A stretch of DNA of 64,000 nucleotides, taken from the sequence record MW460245.1; one strand, 5' to 3'. Both the position numbers and the translations under genes were made by a program. Below are positions 45,355 through 53,388 of the stretch, one piece after another (the first letter of the stretch is position 1; the number at the start of each line of letters is the position of its first letter). The notes beneath the pieces were generated by a model that made no database searches, had not been told where the DNA came from, and was given only the letters and a program-made list of their open reading frames with translations.

Positions 45355-45885
45355 ATGCACACCCCTCCCGAAGCAAATTCGGACTTGTTCCCGGATACCC
45401 AGATCGTCATCAAGCCTTCCGGTTACGACGGTCAGGCTCTTGCCCTCGACATCCTGCCTGTGATCCTCGAGGCGAACGACAAGCTGCACGAGCGTGTCTA
45501 CGCGACTCTGTACAACCCGGAACACACCTCGAAGTATTCGCGAGACTTCCGCACGATCCACTACAACACTGGTCAACGCAGTGGTATGACCAGCGCCATC
45601 ATGAAGCTGGCGAAGGAAGGCGATCTTGTCATCGCACCGGACACGAACTGGCTGGAAGGCTGGCAGGATGAGCTCGGTAACTGCGCAGCTATCTCCACCA
45701 CGAAGGATCGTGTTACCAACATCCGCTGCGCGTTCTGGCATACGCATGCAGAGACTGTGTTCAACAACATCTGGATCGTCGGTGCTTTCGGTCATCCATG
45801 GACCGCGTGGAGCCAAACCGATATTGGCCTCGTCCGTTCTCGTCTCATCAAGAACGGTCACCAGCGAATGATCCTGATCGGGTGA
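45355..45885 (+). CDS. Hypothetical protein with degenerate P-loop-like segment
   Basis: TGQRSGMTSAI..L...DLVIAP; RBS GAGGA. Confidence 0.55.
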   Translation: MHTPPEANSDLFPDTQIVIKPSGYDGQALALDILPVILEANDKLHERVYATLYNPEHTSKYSRDFRTIHYNTGQRSGMTSAIMKLAKEGDLVIAPDTNWLEGWQDELGNCAAISTTKDRVTNIRCAFWHTHAETVFNNIWIVGAFGHPWTAWSQTDIGLVRSRLIKNGHQRMILIG

Positions 45886-45894
45886 CTCCAGAAG

Positions 45895-45904
45895 GTAGTA
45901 AATA
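45895..45904 (+). promoter_or_regulatory. GTAGTAAATA motif directly upstream of tRNA(CAU)
   Basis: Ends 9 nt before the tRNA 5' end, as expected of a -10-type element. Confidence 0.65.
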
Positions 45905-45913
45905 AATCGTGTA

Positions 45914-45991
45914 GGGCGGGAAGCTTAACGGGTATAAGCACTCGGCTCATAACCGAGCGATAGATGGGTTCGAGCCCCTCACCGCCCACCA
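45914..45991 (+). tRNA. tRNA-Met or Ile2 (anticodon CAU), CCA encoded
   Basis: CTCGG-CTCATAA-CCGAG arm, D-stem GCTT/AAGC, TTCGAGC loop; atypical A8, G7-A66 mismatch, bulged T in the T-stem. Confidence 0.85.
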
Positions 45992-46008
45992 TTCACAAGG
46001 AGCAGCAA

Positions 46009-46467
46009 ATGGTAGATCGAAAGATTGTGCATCTTCAGGTCGGTGATGACAACTGGACGCCGACGGTCGAGGAACTGATGAGCATCGTCGAGATGTTCCA
46101 ATCGACGGAACTGGACAAGGGCACGGACGCTGCTCTCAGCGCCGTTGTCGCAACGCGTAATGCAGTTCAACCGACGGTCATCGAACTGAAGGATGGCGAG
46201 GAGCTTGTGCCTGTCGCCGTACCGATCAGCCTTTCGCAGGCAGTCGCAGCGCGCGTCCTGGGCGACCTCATCGCAAACAAGGTTACGGTCCAAGGCGACG
46301 CATCGCCTGACTTCCATTCGGGTGTTCACTACGCGATGGAAATGGTGCGTAAGAACATCACGCGCATCGTCTACGAGTACACGTCAGGTCAGCAGCCGGA
46401 CGCAGAGAATGAATGCGATCCTGGCGAATTCGATTCGGTCGATCTTGAACCTGACGTCGACCGTTAA
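46009..46467 (+). CDS. Hypothetical protein
   Basis: RBS AAGGAG. Confidence 0.7.
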   Translation: MVDRKIVHLQVGDDNWTPTVEELMSIVEMFQSTELDKGTDAALSAVVATRNAVQPTVIELKDGEELVPVAVPISLSQAVAARVLGDLIANKVTVQGDASPDFHSGVHYAMEMVRKNITRIVYEYTSGQQPDAENECDPGEFDSVDLEPDVDR

Positions 46468-46473
46468 GTCAAC

Positions 46474-46634
46474 GGGGAACGTGAGCAGAGAGGCTTAATG
46501 CGAGGAGGTCGCGTAATCTCCGAAAACATCAGCCGTCCTTCGACGCCTAATGCTGCGAGGCAAGCGCGTAGACTCCTGTTAGCCAGTGACCGCTCTCACT
46601 GGTGTACCGTACGTTCGAATCGTACCGTTCCCCA
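46474..46634 (+). ncRNA. tRNA-like RNA with 8-bp acceptor, 8-nt loop UCGCGUAA and 87-nt structured variable region
   Basis: GGGGAACG/CGTTCCCC; T-arm GTACG-TTCGAAT-CGTAC; D-stem GCA/TGC; stem GGAGG/TCTCC; insert hairpins CGTC/GACG and CCAGTGA/TCACTGG. Confidence 0.75.
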
Positions 46635-46661
46635 CCCATCACCACAGCCCTCGAGGTTCTT

Positions 46662-46868
46662 ATGCCGGTGAAGATTACCATTGCAGCACCTGAAGGCTTC
46701 CCGAAGTTCGCGGTCGCATCGTTGATTGCTGAGATGCTCAAGCAGCATGGCTGTCTGATCGACTATGAACTGGCAGCACCGAAGTACAACCACGCAACCG
46801 CATGCCTCGCTATGAGCCATGTCGATAAGAACGATCCTCGTAATCGCATTGTCATTAGCGAATCGTGA
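46662..46868 (+). CDS. Small hypothetical protein
   Basis: RBS GAGG. Confidence 0.5.
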   Translation: MPVKITIAAPEGFPKFAVASLIAEMLKQHGCLIDYELAAPKYNHATACLAMSHVDKNDPRNRIVISES

Positions 46869-46907
46869 AGGTTCTAAAGTGTTGTAAATGTGCAACAGTC
46901 TCGCAGG

Positions 46908-46937
46908 TTGACGTTGACTTTTCAAACGTGTTATGAT
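46908..46937 (+). promoter_or_regulatory. Possible sigma70 promoter TTGACG-N18-TATGAT
   Basis: Intergenic AT-richer region. Confidence 0.35.
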
Positions 46938-47027
46938 TCGGTCCCGCACTCCACACAGTTTGAAAACGCGGTCTGTTGTATGAATGCAACACTGAGCTTG
47001 ACAAGCAGTTAGCATCAAGACAGCAAA

Positions 47028-47037
47028 GCAGTAAATA
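47028..47037 (+). promoter_or_regulatory. GCAGTAAATA variant motif
   Basis: 63 nt upstream of 47100. Confidence 0.5.
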
Positions 47038-47099
47038 GTTGGTAGCTTGTTCATATGAACGGCGATTGACAGTCAATCCACTCTGAAAGGAAACACACC

Positions 47100-47714
47100 A
47101 TGGCAGTCCAGAAAGGCAAGAAGGGCAAGGCAGCAAAGGCGAACAAGAAGGCAGCAGGCAAGAAGGGCGCCAAGGAAGAAAAGCTGACCGCAGCCCAGAA
47201 GCGTGCGCTCAAGAAGGCCGAAACCGCGAAGGCAAAGGGTGAAGGCAAGAAGGGCAAGAAGGCAAAGGCCGAGAAGGAAGTGAAGGCTGCGAAGGGCGGC
47301 AAGAAGGCTGCGAAGAAGGACGTTCAGGTCGCATCGAACGGTCAGGTTTCGATCAAGGTCATCAAGCAGACGACCGGCGAAGAAATCAAGATCAACGCGC
47401 ATTCGTATGTCGTCGACGGTGTGGCGATTCCGAAGAGCACGGTCAAGCTCGTTCATGGCAGCACGATCTATCACGAAGTGTTCATCGTGGTCGGCGAACT
47501 GGAAGACCTGATCGAGCACAAGGGCCATGTCGTCTACAAGGTGAAGGACGGCGCACCGGTCATCCCGTTCGACCAATCGTTCGTGGCAGTGACGTTCGGC
47601 GCAGCGGCAGCAGAAGCTGCTGAGGCAGAAGACGACGAAGATGGCGACGACGACGATTCGGAAGACGATGACGACGAATCGGAAGACGGCAAGTCGTTCG
47701 ACTTCGAAGACTAA
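47100..47714 (+). CDS. Histone-H1-like Lys/Ala-rich N-terminus, small globular domain and acidic tail
   Basis: Composition; RBS AAGGA; terminator downstream. Confidence 0.75.
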   Translation: MAVQKGKKGKAAKANKKAAGKKGAKEEKLTAAQKRALKKAETAKAKGEGKKGKKAKAEKEVKAAKGGKKAAKKDVQVASNGQVSIKVIKQTTGEEIKINAHSYVVDGVAIPKSTVKLVHGSTIYHEVFIVVGELEDLIEHKGHVVYKVKDGAPVIPFDQSFVAVTFGAAAAEAAEAEDDEDGDDDDSEDDDDESEDGKSFDFED

Positions 47715-47740
47715 GCTGACCTGAAGCTAGGTTAAGCGTC

Positions 47741-47776
47741 AACGGGAACCTTGGGCAACCTTGGTTCCCGTTTCCC
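47741..47776 (+). terminator. Intrinsic terminator
   Basis: AACGGGAACC/GGTTCCCGTT stem followed by a T-rich tract. Confidence 0.65.
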
Positions 47777-47803
47777 TTTGAAGCAACTCGAAGGACTGCC
47801 GTC

Positions 47804-48115
47804 ATGAGCAAGAAAGCGAAAGTGGATACGCGTGATTACCTCGCGTTGTACAGCGCGAAATGCAAGCGCTGTGGTCACCTTGATCCGGATGAACCCAAGA
47901 AGTACAAGTGTACCAAGAAGAATGGTAATGACCAGTGTCCAGCTTCCGAGGTACAGATCGTGGTGGTAGGCAAGGCCATTCGCTTTGCGCAGGAAGTGCA
48001 GTTGGCGCGGTTGAACCGCGACGCGAAGAAAGAAGGCGAGATCATGAAGCTCGTCGCCGAGCAGAACTCGGCATTTAGGAACAAATTCTACTCTGAACTG
48101 GAGGCGTCCACGTGA
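47804..48115 (+). CDS. Zinc-finger-like hypothetical protein
   Basis: CKRCGH...C...CP. Confidence 0.6.
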   Translation: MSKKAKVDTRDYLALYSAKCKRCGHLDPDEPKKYKCTKKNGNDQCPASEVQIVVVGKAIRFAQEVQLARLNRDAKKEGEIMKLVAEQNSAFRNKFYSELEAST

Positions 48116-48918
48116 TGGATAAGGGTACGGACCCTGATAAGGGCAAAGCTAAGAAAAGCAAGAGTACCAAGAAGGCCAAGCGGTTAAGAGGAAGTGAGAT
48201 TAAGCTCACGAAGATTAAGCAATGGATCATGCCACGTGATGCAGTGTCGTACAAGGTACTGCGTCGGCTTGGTTTGCCGTACACGAAGTTCCATGAGCGC
48301 ATGATGCCGACGCTCAAGCTGTTGATGGAAAAGAAGGGCGTTAAGGCTTCACCCGTCCAGTTTCAGGACGACATCTTTGAGCCGTTCACCGACAAGGTGA
48401 TCGAGGGTTGGGAGCGCATCCCTGGCTGCAAGGCTCTCATCAAATCCAAGAGCATGACCTTCGTTTGCAAGGGCGCTGACAACTTTGACCGCGCGCAGAA
48501 GGCGAAGGAGAAGCTGGAGGAGTGTCTGGATCGTTTCTTCAGGCGCTGGGGTTACACGTACACGGCGCAATGGTCTGAGGGCAAGACGACGCTCAAGCTG
48601 TACATAGAGTACGTGTTCAGCAATGACCGCATGCCTGAGCTCAAGGTGGAGTCGGAGAACGAGGTCGTACCTGAAACCATTTTGACTTTGGGACGCACGC
48701 GCCTCGTATTCAAGTTCGGCAAGATAAATACGAAGGGACCGCACAGCGGCCGTGAACCTGAGGTCACGCTGAAGGTCGAAATATCGCAAGGTGGTCAGTG
48801 GAATGGGATTCATACGAGCCATTGTCTCTACTGCGAAATCTCGAACGTCATGCCGGCCATCACTGCCCTGGCGAACGTGCTGAACCAGAATCCCGACAAC
48901 ATGGACGTAACGGAATAA
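48112..48918 (+). CDS. Hypothetical protein
   Basis: TAATG coupling to the topoisomerase B gene. Confidence 0.65.
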   Translation: MMDKGTDPDKGKAKKSKSTKKAKRLRGSEIKLTKIKQWIMPRDAVSYKVLRRLGLPYTKFHERMMPTLKLLMEKKGVKASPVQFQDDIFEPFTDKVIEGWERIPGCKALIKSKSMTFVCKGADNFDRAQKAKEKLEECLDRFFRRWGYTYTAQWSEGKTTLKLYIEYVFSNDRMPELKVESENEVVPETILTLGRTRLVFKFGKINTKGPHSGREPEVTLKVEISQGGQWNGIHTSHCLYCEISNVMPAITALANVLNQNPDNMDVTE

Positions 48919-51047
48919 TGGCCAAGGAAAAGGAAGTCAAGAAGGGGAAAGCGAAGTACGATTCCTCTTCCATCGACATGCAGAGGTTCCCGGACAACAT
49001 CCGGCATAGCCCTGGCATGTATATCGGCGGTATCGATGGGTACAGCCGTTGGATCACTGCGAAGGAAAACCTCGATAACGCGCTCGACGAACACCTGGCG
49101 AAACGGAACAACTTCGTCCAGCTCTTCGTTACGAAGGATCGCGAGGTAGTGGTGATCGATGAGGGGCACGGTATCCCTCAAGGCATCAAGTCGTATGAGG
49201 TGAACGTCAACGGCAAGACGATCAAAGCCAAGATGCCGACGATGCAGGCCATTTTCGGTGAACTGCACACGTCGGGCAAGTACCGCAGCGAAGCGTACCA
49301 GACCTCGATCGGTACGCACGGTGTTGGTGCGAAGGCAACGAACGCGACTGCCGAGTATTTCAAGGTCTGGACGTGTTTCGAAGGGCAGTGGTACCACATC
49401 GCTTTCAAGAAGGGTCGACTGAGCACACCTGTCGAGAAGTGCAAGGCACCGAAGTCCCCTGAGGGTGTGAAGTTGAAGAAGGGTACGATGATCGTGTTCA
49501 AGCACGATGAGACCATCTTCAAGAAGAGCAGCAGTGCGATGCCTCTGAACTACGCTCGCGAATGGGCGGAGGTCATGTCGTACATCAACCCCGGTCTGAC
49601 GCTCAAGATCAGCGAAGCGGATGCGAAGGGCAAGTACAAAACGGACACGTATTTCTCCAAGAACGGCCCGAAGGATTACATTGCAGCGCAGCTCAAGAAG
49701 CTGGACGTGGCTGCTGAGTCCAAGATCCTCGAGTTCAAGAATGACCTGATCTCGATCTTCATCGCGTTTTCGGGTCATACCGAATGCGCGTTGAAAGGAT
49801 TCACGAACGGTTCGTACAACCGCGATGGTGGTCGTCATGTTGATGTCACCACCGGCGCCCTCTACAAGGCGCTTCTGGACTTCGATGGCAAGGCGTCGAA
49901 GGAGAAGGACAAGGTCAAGGAGAAGGTCAAAGCCGCTAAGAAGAAGGGCAAGGCTCCTAAGGCAAAGGGCAACGGTCCGGCATTCACGGAAGCAGACGTG
50001 CGCGAAGGTCTTGTCGGTATGGTGAACGCCATGCTGCACAAACCGACGTTCAACTCGCAGGACAAGGTCAAGCTATCGGATGATCGGATGAACTCCAAGC
50101 TGGAACAGGAGATCACCGAGTCGTTCATCGAATTCTTCAAGGACAACAAGGCGCTGGCAACGCGTTTGCGCGATCAGGCGATCCGCATGAATCAAGCGCG
50201 GTCGAAGTTCGTGGCGTCGAAGGCAGTGGCGTCGGCTTTGGGTAAGCTCAAGAAGGATGGCTTGCCTGCGAACTACAGTGGCTTCAACCCCAAGACCGCA
50301 GTCGAGGATCGTGAGCTGTTCCTGGTCGAAGGGGACTCAGCAGCAGGTGGTATCCGGAAGACCAAGATGCCGTGGCAATCGCTGCTGCCCCTGCGTGGTA
50401 AGGTCTTCAACGTCCTGAAGTCGAAGCAACGGAAGTCGAAGAAGGGTGAGAAGGATCCTCTGCTGAGCGAGGCAGTGCTGAACATCCTGACCGCGATCGG
50501 TTACGATCCCAAGGCGAAGGATCCCATCGCGAAGCTGACCGTCGGCAAGATCATCTTCGTGGCTGACCCGGACCCTGATGGTTGCCACATCAACTCGCTG
50601 TTGTGCGGTCTCATCTACAAGATGGTGCCGGAAATGTTCAACCGAGGTATGGTGTGTATCGTCAACATGCCTGAGTTCTACTCGGTGTACAACAAGCAAC
50701 TGGTGACTGGTCTCACTCTGTCTGACGTTCGGAAGAAGTTGGACAAGGTGAAAGCACCGAAGTCGCACCGGGTGCTGCACGCCAAGGGCTGGGGTGAAAT
50801 GGATGCCTCGCTCATGAAGCCGATCGCCATCGATGCCAAGACGCGTCACCTGATCCAGATCAAACCTCTGGAGACGGCAGACAAGACGGAGTTCGTGTAC
50901 CTCATGGACGAGAACGTGGAGTACCGACGTGAGCTGCTGCGCCTGCCAGGTTCGAAGGCTGCTGCCAACGATGCCGAAGCTGCCGCTTCGAAGGAGAAGA
51001 AAGGCAGTAAAGTAAAGGCAAAGAAGAGGAAGGTGAGCAATGGCTAA
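48918..51047 (+). CDS. gyrB: Type IIA topoisomerase ATPase/TOPRIM subunit (GyrB/ParE-like)
   Basis: ENLDNALDE, DEGHGIP, GTHGVGAKATN, LVEGDSAAG, PLRGKVFNV, DPDPDG. Confidence 0.95.
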   Translation: MAKEKEVKKGKAKYDSSSIDMQRFPDNIRHSPGMYIGGIDGYSRWITAKENLDNALDEHLAKRNNFVQLFVTKDREVVVIDEGHGIPQGIKSYEVNVNGKTIKAKMPTMQAIFGELHTSGKYRSEAYQTSIGTHGVGAKATNATAEYFKVWTCFEGQWYHIAFKKGRLSTPVEKCKAPKSPEGVKLKKGTMIVFKHDETIFKKSSSAMPLNYAREWAEVMSYINPGLTLKISEADAKGKYKTDTYFSKNGPKDYIAAQLKKLDVAAESKILEFKNDLISIFIAFSGHTECALKGFTNGSYNRDGGRHVDVTTGALYKALLDFDGKASKEKDKVKEKVKAAKKKGKAPKAKGNGPAFTEADVREGLVGMVNAMLHKPTFNSQDKVKLSDDRMNSKLEQEITESFIEFFKDNKALATRLRDQAIRMNQARSKFVASKAVASALGKLKKDGLPANYSGFNPKTAVEDRELFLVEGDSAAGGIRKTKMPWQSLLPLRGKVFNVLKSKQRKSKKGEKDPLLSEAVLNILTAIGYDPKAKDPIAKLTVGKIIFVADPDPDGCHINSLLCGLIYKMVPEMFNRGMVCIVNMPEFYSVYNKQLVTGLTLSDVRKKLDKVKAPKSHRVLHAKGWGEMDASLMKPIAIDAKTRHLIQIKPLETADKTEFVYLMDENVEYRRELLRLPGSKAAANDAEAAASKEKKGSKVKAKKRKVSNG

Positions 51048-52563
51048 GAAGGAGAAGGTCAAGAAGGGTAAGGGGCGCACCAGCATGCGTCCCGACTCGA
51101 AGGATCAGAACATCACCAAGGAAACACTGCGGGAGTTTGGTCGTCGCAACATGACGGCGTATGCTCTCGAAGTTAACCTGGGTCGTTCGATCCCTGAGCT
51201 GGTTGATGGTCTGAAACCAGTTCAACGTCGTGTGCTGTGGGCAGCATCGCAGTTCCCGAAGGGTGCGCACAAGACCGCGCAGATCGTCGGATCGTGTCTG
51301 GGTAACTATCACCCGCACGGTGACAGCTCTGTATCGTCTGCAATCGAGACGCTGGTGCACCATCCGACGCCGACTATGGAAGGTCACGGTGAGTGGGGTT
51401 CGCTGATTGATAGCGCAGCAGCCGCACGATACACCAACACCTGCCTGTCGAAGTTCGGCCGTACCTTCTTCGAATCGGACTACATCAACAAGGAGGTGAC
51501 GTCCTTCGTTCCGACGTACACGGACAAGGACGTTGAACCGGTGACGCTGCCGGCCCAGATGCCGTTCGTCCTGATGACAGGGGCGACTGGCGTTGGCGTT
51601 GGTATCACGACCGACATGCCGTCGTTCACGCCTGAGTCTCTGATCGACGTGATGGAACGTCTCCTGGACGGTGAGAAGCTGGATGCTAAGGACTTTGCCA
51701 AGTCCCTGAAATACGATCACAAGTGGGGCGGTAGTGTCGTCAACACGAAGGAGAATCGGAAGGGTTGGCTCCAGATGTTTGAGTCGCCTGAAGGGAAGGT
51801 TCTGTTCGAAGCCAATCTGGAAGTGTACCGTGACGAAAAGCGGATCGTCATCGCAGACTGGCCTCCTGGTCTGAATCCTGAGAAGTTCGTGGAGAAGGTT
51901 CGTGATCTTCCGGAGTGCGGTGGTGTCGATAACGTACAAGGTCTCAAGTACGAGATTCGCCTTCGCAAGGATCACAACTTCGACCAGTTCGACAAGTTCG
52001 AAAAGAAGGTGCGCAAGCTTTCCACAGTTTCACAATCGTTCAAGTGCGTGGTCACGAAGACACGCGCGAAGGTTGTCGATGGTGTGGTGAAGTCGAAGAC
52101 AGACATTCTGGCGATGTCAGTTCCTGAGCTGCTGGTCGCATGGCTCAAGGAACGGATCAAGCTGGAGCTCAAGTCGCTGGCGTTCCGCATCAAGAAACAG
52201 AAAGCCGCAATTGCATATAGCGAGCTGCTGCTGTACGCGACGAAGGGTTCCAACCTCGATGTCATCATTCATGCAGTGCGGAAAACGGACGATCCCGAAA
52301 AGCACATCATGAAGAAGCTCAAGCTGACGGAAGAGCAAGCCAAGCAGATCCTTGCGCTGCAACTTCGCCAGCTATCGCGGCTTGAGGAGAAGACCCTCAA
52401 CGCGAACCTGAAAGACCAGAAGAAGGTTCTGGCGCAACTGGAGAAGTGGGAACAGAAACCCAAGAAGCAGGTGCGCAAGTCCTTCGCACCGATTCTGGAT
52501 GCGATCAAGGCTGACCGCAAGCGTGTGAAGGAACTGGCCGAGCAGGAACTGACCATCGTCTAA
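51040..52563 (+). CDS. gyrA: Type IIA topoisomerase cleavage subunit (GyrA/ParC-like, no beta-pinwheel CTD)
   Basis: DGLKPVQRR, YHPHGDSS, AAARYT catalytic Tyr; only 507 aa. Confidence 0.95.
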   Translation: MAKKEKVKKGKGRTSMRPDSKDQNITKETLREFGRRNMTAYALEVNLGRSIPELVDGLKPVQRRVLWAASQFPKGAHKTAQIVGSCLGNYHPHGDSSVSSAIETLVHHPTPTMEGHGEWGSLIDSAAAARYTNTCLSKFGRTFFESDYINKEVTSFVPTYTDKDVEPVTLPAQMPFVLMTGATGVGVGITTDMPSFTPESLIDVMERLLDGEKLDAKDFAKSLKYDHKWGGSVVNTKENRKGWLQMFESPEGKVLFEANLEVYRDEKRIVIADWPPGLNPEKFVEKVRDLPECGGVDNVQGLKYEIRLRKDHNFDQFDKFEKKVRKLSTVSQSFKCVVTKTRAKVVDGVVKSKTDILAMSVPELLVAWLKERIKLELKSLAFRIKKQKAAIAYSELLLYATKGSNLDVIIHAVRKTDDPEKHIMKKLKLTEEQAKQILALQLRQLSRLEEKTLNANLKDQKKVLAQLEKWEQKPKKQVRKSFAPILDAIKADRKRVKELAEQELTIV

Positions 52564-52604
52564 ACGCGTTGCGCAGGCGCAACACTTCTGTTGTGGAAAT
52601 ACAA

Positions 52605-52633
52605 CAGACAGGTTGACAGAGTTGCTGTATAAT
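52605..52633 (+). promoter_or_regulatory. Possible sigma70 promoter CAGACA-N17-TATAAT
   Basis: Perfect -10 in an intergenic region. Confidence 0.4.
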
Positions 52634-52746
52634 CACTGTAAGCGTCACGGCGTCTTGTCACTTTGCTAACACAGCAGCGCACTTCAGATTTTCACGGAGT
52701 GCAGTTTGACAAGACGCTGTAACGCTCTCGTGGTTTGTTTTACCTT

Positions 52747-52756
52747 GTAGTAAATA
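52747..52756 (+). promoter_or_regulatory. GTAGTAAATA motif
   Basis: Exact motif 43 nt upstream of 52799. Confidence 0.6.
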
Positions 52757-52798
52757 TCTGGTGTAGTTACACACTCAACCCTTTCCAAAGGAAACATC

Positions 52799-53284
52799 AT
52801 GTCGGACATCCTCAAGCAAGTCAAAGAACTCATCGCCGAAAACAAGAAGCTGACGAAGGCCAACGAGAAGCTGGAAGCCAAGCTGGAGAAGGCTGAAGGC
52901 AAGTCGGAAGGCAAGGCAGCGAAGGGCAAGAAGGCCAAGGGCGGCAAGAAGGCCAAGGCTGAAAAGGCCGAGAAGGAAGAAAAGTCGGCGAAGAAGGGCA
53001 AGAAGGCGAAGGCCGAAAAGGGCGAGAAGAAGGCCAAGAAGTCGAAGGGCGACAAGGCTGAAGCCAAGGCGAAGAAGGCGCTCGAAAAGGGCGAGAAGGA
53101 AGCCAAGGCCGCCAAGAAGGGCAAGAAGGAAGAAAAGGAAGGCAAGAAGGCCAAGAAGTCGAAGGGTGACAAGGCCGAGAAGTCGTCCAAGAAGGACAAG
53201 AAGGCAGCGAAGGCTGAAAAGGCTTCGAAGAAGGAAGGCAAGAAGGAAGGCAAGAAGAGCAAGGGCGAAAGCTTCATGATCTAA
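52799..53284 (+). CDS. Histone-H1-like Lys/Ala/Glu-rich nucleoid protein
   Basis: N-terminal coiled coil, then repeats such as KKAKKSKGDKAE (twice). Confidence 0.75.
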   Translation: MSDILKQVKELIAENKKLTKANEKLEAKLEKAEGKSEGKAAKGKKAKGGKKAKAEKAEKEEKSAKKGKKAKAEKGEKKAKKSKGDKAEAKAKKALEKGEKEAKAAKKGKKEEKEGKKAKKSKGDKAEKSSKKDKKAAKAEKASKKEGKKEGKKSKGESFMI

Positions 53285-53308
53285 GCCTGCCGGCTTGATG
53301 CTTCACTG

Positions 53309-53343
53309 AAAAGGGTTGATAGCTCAAAGCTGTCAGCCCTTTT
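53309..53343 (+). terminator. Intrinsic (bidirectional-type) terminator
   Basis: AAAAGGGTTGATAGC/GCTGTCAGCCCTTTT stem. Confidence 0.75.
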
Positions 53344-53388
53344 ATCATTTCTCTGAATCCCCGAACACGAAACAGCAAGGAGAATCTG

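Noticed and set aside
46474-46634. Interpretation as tmRNA or an intron-containing tRNA
   Set aside because: G3-C70 rather than G3-U70, a retained anticodon-like arm, no short tag ORF ending in a stop, and an insert too short for a group I intron and not in the anticodon loop
52613-52633. TTGACA...TATAAT as a consensus sigma70 promoter (also TTGACA...TATACT at 55770-55788)
   Set aside because: Spacers are only 9 and 7 nt; an alternative CAGACA -35 at 17 nt is listed instead for the first
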